From the IMG/VR virus record IMGVR_UViG_3300021431_002946, positions 353,291 to 417,290 of that record: 64,000 nucleotides of DNA; one strand, written 5' to 3'. Positions within the stretch are counted from its first letter, which is position 1. Each line of letters begins with the position of its first letter. The position numbers and the translations under genes are program-made. The DNA is from a virus (lineage: Duplodnaviria; Heunggongvirae; Uroviricota; Caudoviricetes). Positions 56,486 to 64,000 of this stretch are shown here, one piece after another. The notes beneath the pieces are model-generated. The model worked only from the letters and a program-made list of their open reading frames with translations, searched no databases and was not told the DNA's origin.

Positions 56486-56749
56486 ATGGGAAATACATAT
56501 TATGCTGTAGGATATATTGTTGGTAATGATGATATAGATTTTAGTTCATTAAAATTCTTTGAAAAAGAATCTGAAGCAGAACAATACTATATTACAAAAT
56601 TAACTGAATTTGGTTTTAAAGTTGCAGATGTATTAGCAGTATTTAAAGTAGAAAATAATAGAATTACTAATGTAAGTAGATTACATTCTTATAATTATGA
56701 AATAGATAAAGGTCCTGTAGGTCCTGTTAGTGGTATTGAATCAATATAA
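56486..56749 (+). CDS. hypothetical protein
   Basis: RBS AAGGAGG. Confidence 0.65.
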   Translation: MGNTYYAVGYIVGNDDIDFSSLKFFEKESEAEQYYITKLTEFGFKVADVLAVFKVENNRITNVSRLHSYNYEIDKGPVGPVSGIESI

Positions 56750-56765
56750 AAAGGAAAGTAAGAAA

Positions 56766-57116
56766 ATGGCAAAGTTAAGTTTTAGATATGGCGCAATGGG
56801 AAGTTGCAAGACAGTAAATGCTTTAATGATAAAGTATAATTTTGAAGAAAAAGGTAAAAAAGCTGTTCTATTAAAACCAAAATGTGAAAATAGAGATGGT
56901 GCAACAAAACTAAGATCAAGAATTGGATTAGAATCTGATTGTATGTTTGTAGAAGATTTTTTAGAAAATCCAGAGAAGTGTGATTGTATTTTAGTTGATG
57001 AAGCGCAGTTTTTAACACATGAACAAGTTGATAAACTTACTGACTTTGTTGATTTTGAAAATACACCAGTAATTTGTTTTGGATTAAGAACAGATTTTCA
57101 AAGTAAGTATTATTGA
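56766..57116 (+). pseudogene. tdk: 3'-truncated duplicate of thymidine kinase
   Basis: MAKLSFRYG.MGSCKT..VDEAQF..GLRTDFQ then stop; lacks the C-terminal zinc/lasso domain. Confidence 0.85.
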
Positions 57117-57127
57117 GGAGAATAATT

Positions 57128-57442
57128 ATGAAACTAATGGGAATTAATGTAGATAAAAAAATTGAATGTGGTTGTAGATTAGATTTTTGTAAAGATGATG
57201 AAATGTCTTGGGTAGTTGTAAGACCATGTGGTGATTCAGATACTGATAAAATATTTTTGTATAAAAATATGGAAATAGGCTGCATAATATGTGATGAAGG
57301 CACTTTTGGTGGTAAAATAGAAGAAATTTATGTAGGCACTGGTCATGATTGTTATTTTAAAATAAATGATGTCATTTTTGATGAAGATTCTAAAATATAT
57401 GCTATAGGTATTGTTGGTGAAGATAATAGACCTACTATATAA
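57128..57442 (+). CDS. hypothetical protein
   Basis: start re-assigned after RBS GAGGAG. Confidence 0.6.
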   Translation: MKLMGINVDKKIECGCRLDFCKDDEMSWVVVRPCGDSDTDKIFLYKNMEIGCIICDEGTFGGKIEEIYVGTGHDCYFKINDVIFDEDSKIYAIGIVGEDNRPTI

Positions 57443-57470
57443 GGAGAAGTTTGACTGATTATTTTGGAGG

Positions 57471-57608
57471 GATATTAAAATAGGTAAAGGTTCTATAATT
57501 GGTGCTGGTTCTATAGTAAATAAAGATGTTTCAGCCGGAATGGTGGTAGCTGGGAATCCGGCAAGAGTTATTGAAACTGTAGAAGAATATAAAAATAAAC
57601 ATAAATAA
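57471..57608 (+). pseudogene. C-terminal relic of a hexapeptide-repeat (LbH) acyltransferase
   Basis: DIKIGKGSIIGAGSIVNKDVSAGMVVAGNPARVIE; no in-frame start. Confidence 0.8.
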
Positions 57609-57654
57609 AAAGAAAGGAAATTATTAAAAACGAAGATTATTAAGGAGAATAATT

Positions 57655-58929
57655 ATGAATATAGAAAAACTATTAAAATTATGTAAAGGCATTAATGATA
57701 CAATAGGAAACACAGAAGAACGCGATAATGTTATTCAAGAATTTGCTAATTCTATTCATCCAGAAAAATATATTACAAAACAAACTGTATTAAAGTTAAT
57801 TGAACGTGATAAGCAGAAGAAAAATACTAATGTAGAAAATATTAAAGATGAAGATAAACTTATAGCGTATATGTTTATTGAAAGAACATTAGGATTATGT
57901 ATTAATGTTATTGAAAACGTATTGCCACTATTAAAATGCAGTATTTATTCTGGAGGAGAAATTTTTAAAGAATTATATCTGAAAGTGGGAATCAAGTATC
58001 AGTCTTTAATATTTAATATATATGATGAAGTTAATAATTTTCATAATAGACTCTCTATTTTTAGTAATAAATATCCTTGTTATATTTGGACAAATAAATG
58101 GGATGGATCAAAACATTTATGTGTAAAAGAACCAGATCATTTGCGTAAAGATGGCTTACAATTTGATTATGATAACCTTGACAAATTGATAGCAGATTTA
58201 TCTAGATTATATAAAAAACTTGAAGAATGGTTTGAATTTAGAAATAAAATATATAAAGAAGAGCAAAAATATAAAGATTTATATAAAGAATTAGAAAAAG
58301 ATCCATTATTTGTTAAAAAAGATGATATTCATGATATTCAGTATGAATTTAGTGTTTGGTTCAATTCAAGAAGCCAATGGTATATAGAATATCAGATATA
58401 TTTATGTCAAAAATATCATGAAAAACGAGCATATCTTATAAACATAGAACAATCAATTCACTTTAACAATAATGAATATATTTCTAAGTTAGATAATATT
58501 AAAATTAATGATTTAGTAGATAATATTAAATTAACTAATGGAAAACCATATGAATGTGAGGTAACAATAGAAAATTTACCAACTAGAAGCAAGGCAGATT
58601 CATCAGTTATTCAATATATTATTGATAAAGATAATTCTAATAGTAATTGTAGTAATCTTTATATGTTAGCTAAACAAATTGATAGTAATGTATTTTTAGA
58701 TATTACTAATAGTTATATTATAAATCGTTCTGATGGTCAAGGACACGGAAGTATTGGTATTGTAATGTCAGTATTTTATTTTGATCAAGACTTTGATGTT
58801 CATAAATTCATAGCAGAACTTAAAAATTTGTATTATAGAAATATGTTAGCTGGTTTAGCAGTTTGGCATGCAGATATAACAATTAAAGATTTAGGTCAAT
58901 CTAATAAAGAAATTGTTAAATTAATATAA
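57655..58929 (+). CDS. hypothetical protein (424 aa)
   Basis: RBS AAGGAG. Confidence 0.7.
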   Translation: MNIEKLLKLCKGINDTIGNTEERDNVIQEFANSIHPEKYITKQTVLKLIERDKQKKNTNVENIKDEDKLIAYMFIERTLGLCINVIENVLPLLKCSIYSGGEIFKELYLKVGIKYQSLIFNIYDEVNNFHNRLSIFSNKYPCYIWTNKWDGSKHLCVKEPDHLRKDGLQFDYDNLDKLIADLSRLYKKLEEWFEFRNKIYKEEQKYKDLYKELEKDPLFVKKDDIHDIQYEFSVWFNSRSQWYIEYQIYLCQKYHEKRAYLINIEQSIHFNNNEYISKLDNIKINDLVDNIKLTNGKPYECEVTIENLPTRSKADSSVIQYIIDKDNSNSNCSNLYMLAKQIDSNVFLDITNSYIINRSDGQGHGSIGIVMSVFYFDQDFDVHKFIAELKNLYYRNMLAGLAVWHADITIKDLGQSNKEIVKLI

Positions 58930-58951
58930 AATAATTTAGAGGGAAATTACA

Positions 58952-59509
58952 ATGGCAAAGTTAAGTTTTAGATATGGTTCGATGGGAAGTTGTAAAACAG
59001 CAAATATACTTATGATTAAGTATAACTTTGAAGAAAAAGGAAAAACAGCTATTTTACTTAAACCAAAATGTGAGAATAGAGATGGCGCTCATAAACTTAA
59101 ATCAAGAATAGGATTAGAATCTGAATGTCAATTTGTAGAGGACTTTCTAGAAAATCCAGAGAAGTGTGATTGTATTTTAGTTGATGAAGCTCAGTTTTTA
59201 ACAAAAGATCAAGTAGATCAATTATCTGATATAGTAGATATTAAAAATATTCCAGTAATTTGTTTTGGATTAAAAACAGATTTTCAGAGTAATTTATTTG
59301 AAGGTTCAAAAAGATTAATTGAACTTGCTGATGAAATAGAAGAAATTACTACTATATGTTGGTGTGGTAAAAAAGCGAGATTTAATGCAAGAGTTATAGA
59401 TGGTAAAGTTGTTAAAGATGGAGAACAAATTCAATTAGGTGGAAATGAATGTTATACATCTTTATGTAGAAAACATTATAAATTAGGCCAATTATATAAA
59501 ATAGATTAA
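58952..59509 (+). CDS. tdk: thymidine kinase
   Basis: YGSMGSCKT, VDEAQF, FGLKTDF, C.CG..A.FNAR, Y.SLCRKH. Confidence 0.95.
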   Translation: MAKLSFRYGSMGSCKTANILMIKYNFEEKGKTAILLKPKCENRDGAHKLKSRIGLESECQFVEDFLENPEKCDCILVDEAQFLTKDQVDQLSDIVDIKNIPVICFGLKTDFQSNLFEGSKRLIELADEIEEITTICWCGKKARFNARVIDGKVVKDGEQIQLGGNECYTSLCRKHYKLGQLYKID

Positions 59510-59527
59510 TAGACTATTTAATTATAA
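59509..59527 (+). promoter_or_regulatory. class-2 motif, copy 6
   Basis: ATAGACTATTTAATTATAA, followed by hairpin AACTGTAAC-taaac-GTTACAGTT at 59550-59572. Confidence 0.5.
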
Positions 59528-59587
59528 GTAGTAATACTTAGTAAAGAAGAACTGTAACTAAACGTTACAGTTAGGAAATAAAAGTTA

Positions 59588-59616
59588 TTTACAATATAAA
59601 AAATTTATATTATAAT
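59588..59616 (+). promoter_or_regulatory. sigma70-type promoter
   Basis: TTTACA-17-TATAAT. Confidence 0.8.
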
Positions 59617-59643
59617 AAACTAAATTTTATAAGGAGGAATATA

Positions 59644-60507
59644 ATGACAGGAATAAAAAGTAAAATATTTGCTACAATTATTTCAATTATAATGGTAATT
59701 ACATTGATTCCAGTTACAGCTTTTGCAGATTCAAATTGGTCATATAATCCAACGACGCATACATTAACTATTTCATATTCTGGTGCTATGCCTAATTATA
59801 CATATCAGTCTTATACACCTTGGTATAAATATGAAGGTGATATTACAAAGATTGTTATTGAAAATGGTACTACATCAATTGGTAATTATGCATTTAGTAT
59901 GTTCTTTAATGTAAAAGAGATTGTATGGCCTACAGATGGTAAGTTAACATCTATTGGTAAATATGCATTCTATTGTACTGGAATTACTGAAATCGTATTA
60001 CCTACTGGTATTACTACAATTGGAGAATCTGCTTTTGGTGATTGTGATCAAGTAACAAAACTTGTATTACCTTCAACATTAAAGACAATTGGTTCTGGAG
60101 CTTTTTGCGCTGAGAATGGTATGAAGTTTACTTCTCTTTCAATACCTTCAAAAGTTACTTCAATTGGTACTTATGCATTTGCAAGAAATACAAGATTAAC
60201 TACTGTAACAGGTGGCGCAGGTCTTGTAACAATTGGTAGTAGCGCATTCTTAAAATGTTCAAAGCTTACTACATTTAAGATAACATCTCCAGTACTTAAA
60301 ACTATTGGCGCACATGCTTTTGGTAGCTGTTCAAAGCTTAAGACAATATACATTCAAAAGACTACAAAACTTACTAAGAAATCAGTTAAAAAGAGTCTTT
60401 GTAATTCAAAGATTAAAACTGTGAAAGTTAAAAAGTCTAAGGTTAAGACTTATAAGAAATATTTCACAAGTAAGAACTGTGGTAGATATGTAAAAGTTAA
60501 GAAGTAA
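59644..60507 (+). CDS. secreted BspA-type leucine-rich-repeat protein
   Basis: signal peptide ending TAFA, repeated lP.tlt.IG..AF, Lys-rich C-terminal domain. Confidence 0.9.
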   Translation: MTGIKSKIFATIISIIMVITLIPVTAFADSNWSYNPTTHTLTISYSGAMPNYTYQSYTPWYKYEGDITKIVIENGTTSIGNYAFSMFFNVKEIVWPTDGKLTSIGKYAFYCTGITEIVLPTGITTIGESAFGDCDQVTKLVLPSTLKTIGSGAFCAENGMKFTSLSIPSKVTSIGTYAFARNTRLTTVTGGAGLVTIGSSAFLKCSKLTTFKITSPVLKTIGAHAFGSCSKLKTIYIQKTTKLTKKSVKKSLCNSKIKTVKVKKSKVKTYKKYFTSKNCGRYVKVKK

Positions 60508-60511
60508 ATTA

Positions 60512-60544
60512 AAAATCCTGCTCTAGTAATAGAGTGGGATTTTA
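60512..60544 (+). terminator. intrinsic terminator
   Basis: AAAATCCTGCTCTA/TAGAGTGGGATTTT. Confidence 0.75.
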
Positions 60545-60568
60545 TTAAATTAAGGAGCGAGAAAAATA

Positions 60569-61531
60569 ATGGCAGATTTAAAAACAAAGATTTTTACAGG
60601 TATTTTATCTTCTACGATGGTATTCACGTCACTTCCAGCTTTAGCATCTCATGCAGATACTGTAAAAGCAAATGATACTGTTATTAGTATTGAAAAAGAT
60701 GATGGTGATTATGATCCTTATGCACCAGTTGATAGCGGATATTGTGGAACAAATTATGCATATTGGAGTTTAGATAAATATGGAACTTTATTTATCTCTG
60801 GTGATAAAGGTGCTAAAATGAATAATTATAAAAAGATAGGAGAAGCACCTTGGTATAAATATAAAGATCAAATTACTTGTATATATGTTATGGGTGGTAT
60901 AACTAATATTGGTAATTATGCTTTTGCTAATATGTATGGTTTTATTCGTATGGATGAAGCAACTGATTTGAAAACAATTGGTAGTTATGCATTCTATAAT
61001 ACTCAGTATGATTATGTAGATCGTCCATTTGTATTTCCAAGTGGTGTAACAAGTATTGGTTCTTATGCATTCTATAATGTTAATATTATAGATGTTAAAT
61101 TACCTGCTAGTTTAGTTAGTATTGGATCACACGCATTTGAAAAGACACTTTGTCCTTCAATTGTACTCCCAAGTAAGGTTTCTAGTATTGGCTCATCTGC
61201 ATTTGCAAATATGCCTAATTTAGTATCAGTAACAGGCGGTTCACTCGTTAAAACTATTGGAAGTTATGCTTTCCATAAAAATCCTAAGCTGGTTACATTT
61301 AAGCTTACATCTTCTAAGTTAACTACAATTGGTAGTTATGCATTTAGTGGAGATTCAAAACTTAAAACAGTATATATTCAGAAAACTAAAAAGTTAAAGA
61401 AGAAGAAGGTTAAGAAATCACTTAAAGGTTCTTCAGTCAAGACTGTAAAGGTTAAGAAATCAAAGGTTAAAACTTATAAGAGATACTTTACAAAGAAAAA
61501 TTGTGGTAGAAAAGTAAAAGTTAAGAAGTAA
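60569..61531 (+). CDS. secreted BspA-type leucine-rich-repeat protein, paralogue
   Basis: signal peptide, IGSYAF repeats, same Lys-rich tail (KKNCGRKVKVKK). Confidence 0.9.
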   Translation: MADLKTKIFTGILSSTMVFTSLPALASHADTVKANDTVISIEKDDGDYDPYAPVDSGYCGTNYAYWSLDKYGTLFISGDKGAKMNNYKKIGEAPWYKYKDQITCIYVMGGITNIGNYAFANMYGFIRMDEATDLKTIGSYAFYNTQYDYVDRPFVFPSGVTSIGSYAFYNVNIIDVKLPASLVSIGSHAFEKTLCPSIVLPSKVSSIGSSAFANMPNLVSVTGGSLVKTIGSYAFHKNPKLVTFKLTSSKLTTIGSYAFSGDSKLKTVYIQKTKKLKKKKVKKSLKGSSVKTVKVKKSKVKTYKRYFTKKNCGRKVKVKK

Positions 61532-61554
61532 TAAAAAATTTGATAAGGAATTTG

Positions 61555-61590
61555 AAAAATGCTCTGTGTAAAAAGCAGAGCATTTTTATT
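61555..61590 (+). terminator. intrinsic terminator
   Basis: AAAAATGCTCTG-tgtaaaaag-CAGAGCATTTTT. Confidence 0.85.
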
Positions 61591-61613
61591 GTAAAAAATA
61601 AGGAGTAAATAAA

Positions 61614-62060
61614 ATGAATGAAGATTTTAACTTAAAAAATGAGTTAAAAAATAATATAAAGGCATATAATGAACAGTTACAAAATGAAGTAACTGAATTT
61701 GAAAAATATTTAAATACATTTTTTGAGAAAAAAGAAGATGAAATTTATGATACAATTAAATATGCATTAATAAATAATACTAAACAAGGTGATTCTAGAT
61801 TAAATATAAAAATTGAAACTGCGTGGGATATATTTATAATAATTATTGAAGATAAATGTTTAAATTTAAATATGTTGATTCAGCAAAATGCAAATAGACG
61901 CGAATGCGTATTGTTAACTGCTGTAAGATTAAATCAATTTTTATTATCTTTAAAGTCAATAGATTTTAAAGTACCAGAATTAAATATAAATGATGTAGCT
62001 AACAGAGATGACGAAAATATTGATTATTATATTCGTTATACTGTTTATGCTAATATATAG
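61614..62060 (+). CDS. tandem paralogue family member 1
   Basis: MNEDFNL..., EDEIY, SLKSIDFKVP. Confidence 0.75.
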   Translation: MNEDFNLKNELKNNIKAYNEQLQNEVTEFEKYLNTFFEKKEDEIYDTIKYALINNTKQGDSRLNIKIETAWDIFIIIIEDKCLNLNMLIQQNANRRECVLLTAVRLNQFLLSLKSIDFKVPELNINDVANRDDENIDYYIRYTVYANI

Positions 62061-62072
62061 AGGATTAATATT

Positions 62073-62513
62073 ATGAATGAAGATTTTGAATTATCTAAAA
62101 ATGTAAAAAATAATTTAAATAAAAAAGAACAAAAAGACATAGATAGATCAGTTGAAAATAAAATGAGAGTAATTAACTTTTTTGAATCTAATGATGCTGC
62201 AATTTATGAGGCTATTAAATACGCTGCATTATATCAAAGTAAAAGAGGAGAAATAGATATAACTATTGTTATAACTGCATTAAATAGTGGTAGTTTAGAA
62301 TTAAAAATTGGTGAAGCTGAATCTTTGTTTATACATACATTATATGTAGATGAAGAGATAATTAGATATACTGCAAAAAGAATGAATAAATTTTTATCTT
62401 CTTTGAAATCAATAAAATTTAAAATTCCTGCTTGGTCTTGTACAAAAGAAATAAGCAAAAATTTAAAAGATAATTATTATTTATATTATCCAATTAAAAT
62501 TAAAGGAGTATAA
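62073..62513 (+). CDS. tandem paralogue family member 2
   Basis: MNEDFEL..., SLKSIKFKIP. Confidence 0.75.
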   Translation: MNEDFELSKNVKNNLNKKEQKDIDRSVENKMRVINFFESNDAAIYEAIKYAALYQSKRGEIDITIVITALNSGSLELKIGEAESLFIHTLYVDEEIIRYTAKRMNKFLSSLKSIKFKIPAWSCTKEISKNLKDNYYLYYPIKIKGV

Positions 62514-62514
62514 T

Positions 62515-62961
62515 ATGAAAGAGGACTTTAATTTATTAAATGAGATAAAAAATAATTTACAAAATTATAAACAAGCAAATACACCTGATTACTCAAAATC
62601 AAAACAAAAAGTTGATAAGTTTTTTGTTGATAATGAAGATAAGATATATGAAGCAATTGAAGTAGCAGTACTTGATTTAAGAGATAGAGGATTAACAGAT
62701 TTATGTGTATGTATTCGTGGATTTAGTGATATAGTAATAGGTATAGAACATACTTCTTTTAAGATAGAATTAAATCTAAATAAATCTGATGATACATATG
62801 AAATGATTAAATATATTATTAAGAAATTTAATGAATATATAGCATCATTAAAATCTATAAAATTTAAAGTTCCAAAATTGGATGAAAATAGCATAAAACA
62901 AGATTGGAAAAATTATGACGAATTTGAGTATTCAATATATTATAAGCTTCATATAAAATGA
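62515..62961 (+). CDS. tandem paralogue family member 3
   Basis: MKEDFNL..., EDKIY, SLKSIKFKVP. Confidence 0.75.
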   Translation: MKEDFNLLNEIKNNLQNYKQANTPDYSKSKQKVDKFFVDNEDKIYEAIEVAVLDLRDRGLTDLCVCIRGFSDIVIGIEHTSFKIELNLNKSDDTYEMIKYIIKKFNEYIASLKSIKFKVPKLDENSIKQDWKNYDEFEYSIYYKLHIK

Positions 62962-62996
62962 GCATAAAAAAAAATAATTAAAGGAGAAAAATACTT

Positions 62997-63491
62997 ATGC
63001 CAAATGGATTAGACTTTAACGCTATTAAAAAGAATTTACAACAATATAAAGATAATATAAATGGTGAAGTTGAGCAATTTAAAAAACGTATAGATGATTA
63101 TATAGATAATAATGAAGATGAAATTATTGAAAAATTACAAGAAGCTTTTAATACTACTGCATTAAAACATGGAACAACCTCTATTGAAATTAATGTTACT
63201 TATTATAATAATTTTGATAGAACTTACCCAAATTCTTGTGCAATTAAATTTGATCGTGATGTACTTGTAAAATTTTTTAAAGATTGTAAAATACCTCGTG
63301 GTAAAGAAGAAGAATGTATTTCATATGCTCTAGAAAAATTAATTAGTATATTAAGAATTGTACCATTTACTAGTGATACATCAAAGAAAACTATAAAACC
63401 TAATATTAGTAAACCTATTGTACGTGATTCTATGACTGGTAATTTTGCTTATGGTTATTTTAATGTTTCTATAGATATAGAGAGGTTATAA
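62997..63491 (+). CDS. tandem paralogue family member 4 (divergent)
   Basis: DFNAIKKNLQQY...NNEDEII. Confidence 0.6.
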   Translation: MPNGLDFNAIKKNLQQYKDNINGEVEQFKKRIDDYIDNNEDEIIEKLQEAFNTTALKHGTTSIEINVTYYNNFDRTYPNSCAIKFDRDVLVKFFKDCKIPRGKEEECISYALEKLISILRIVPFTSDTSKKTIKPNISKPIVRDSMTGNFAYGYFNVSIDIERL

Positions 63492-63492
63492 A

Positions 63493-63801
63493 ATGTTTTT
63501 TACTAGATTTATTTATGGTGATCGAATAAAATGTGATACTAATCAAACAATTACTAATAAAAATCCAGAAAAAGCAATAATATTTGAAGGAAATACAGTA
63601 CATATATTTCATGATGAAAATGGTAAAAAAGTAACTCTTATTGATGGTAAAAAATATGAATTATTTGTAATAACGCAAGACGGTCATGCTTGGGATGGAG
63701 TATATACTGGATATATATTAGATAGAGACGAATTTTGTATTAAATTAAATGATATAATATTACCATTAAATACAATAATATTTTTAGGTATAAAGGAGTA
63801 A
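63493..63801 (+). CDS. hypothetical protein
   Basis: RBS GAGGT. Confidence 0.65.
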   Translation: MFFTRFIYGDRIKCDTNQTITNKNPEKAIIFEGNTVHIFHDENGKKVTLIDGKKYELFVITQDGHAWDGVYTGYILDRDEFCIKLNDIILPLNTIIFLGIKE

Positions 63802-63805
63802 TAGA

Positions 63806-64000
63806 ATGACAGTAGTTACAAAAGAACAATATAATACATTATATTCTAAAATTGAGCAGGAAATCAAAGAAACTACAAATAATATATTAGATGAAAAACA
63901 ATATAATGAATTTGTATTATGTACTATTGGTGTGTATAAAGATAATTATAGCACAAAATATATTTTTGATGGTTATTTTGATTCTGAAGAAAAAATTGAT
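63806..64000 (+). CDS. hypothetical protein (3'-partial)
   Basis: RBS AAAGGAG, open to the window end. Confidence 0.65.
   Translation, partial: MTVVTKEQYNTLYSKIEQEIKETTNNILDEKQYNEFVLCTIGVYKDNYSTKYIFDGYFDSEEKID

Noticed and set aside
31339-61590. Shared CTG-TGTAAAA(A)G-CAG loop in two terminators as a protein-binding site
   Set aside because: Only two instances; could reflect common ancestry or chance.
1520-62894. Minus-strand ORFs in the track
   Set aside because: They overlap well-supported + strand genes, are Phe/Ile/Leu-rich shadows of AT-rich coding sequence and lack family motifs. 24733-25221 is only noted for its RBS-like tract.
1-64000. Alternative genetic code (TAG or TGA reassignment)
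   Set aside because: Core genes are long and intact under code 11, TGG is used for Trp, and all three stops end genes followed by new RBSs; only four isolated in-frame stops were seen.

Overview
A 64-kb, very AT-rich segment of a large dsDNA phage, probably infecting a Clostridia/Bacillota host (strong AAGGAG RBSs, sigmaA-type promoters, BspA/pilin/lipoprotein genes). All credible genes are on the + strand. It encodes primase (partial), a miniaturised multisubunit RNA polymerase (744-aa beta; beta' split into 422-aa and 324-aa halves), an RpoD-like sigma factor, type IIA topoisomerase B and A, an SNF2-like helicase, nucleotide and cofactor enzymes (two NMP kinases, a divergent ThyX, an NDT-like protein, two HD proteins, Tdk, CoaD), LicD, surface proteins, two IS200/IS605-family elements, homing endonucleases and many small hypothetical genes. 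No tRNA, rRNA or CRISPR array was recognised. Strongest leads: (1) a promoter-to-terminator ~70-nt RNA at 46.4 kb whose single-stranded part pairs in three colinear blocks (12, 13 and 8 nt) with the 5' UTR/RBS of the sigma gene 22 kb away, and which is driven by a recurring phage-specific promoter-like motif; (2) a helicase fractured around a free-standing endonuclease, whose halves carry intein-derived ends lacking the splicing residues; (3) the minimal split RNAP with non-canonical catalytic and trigger-loop motifs. Family assignments were made by eye from motifs; no searches were run.
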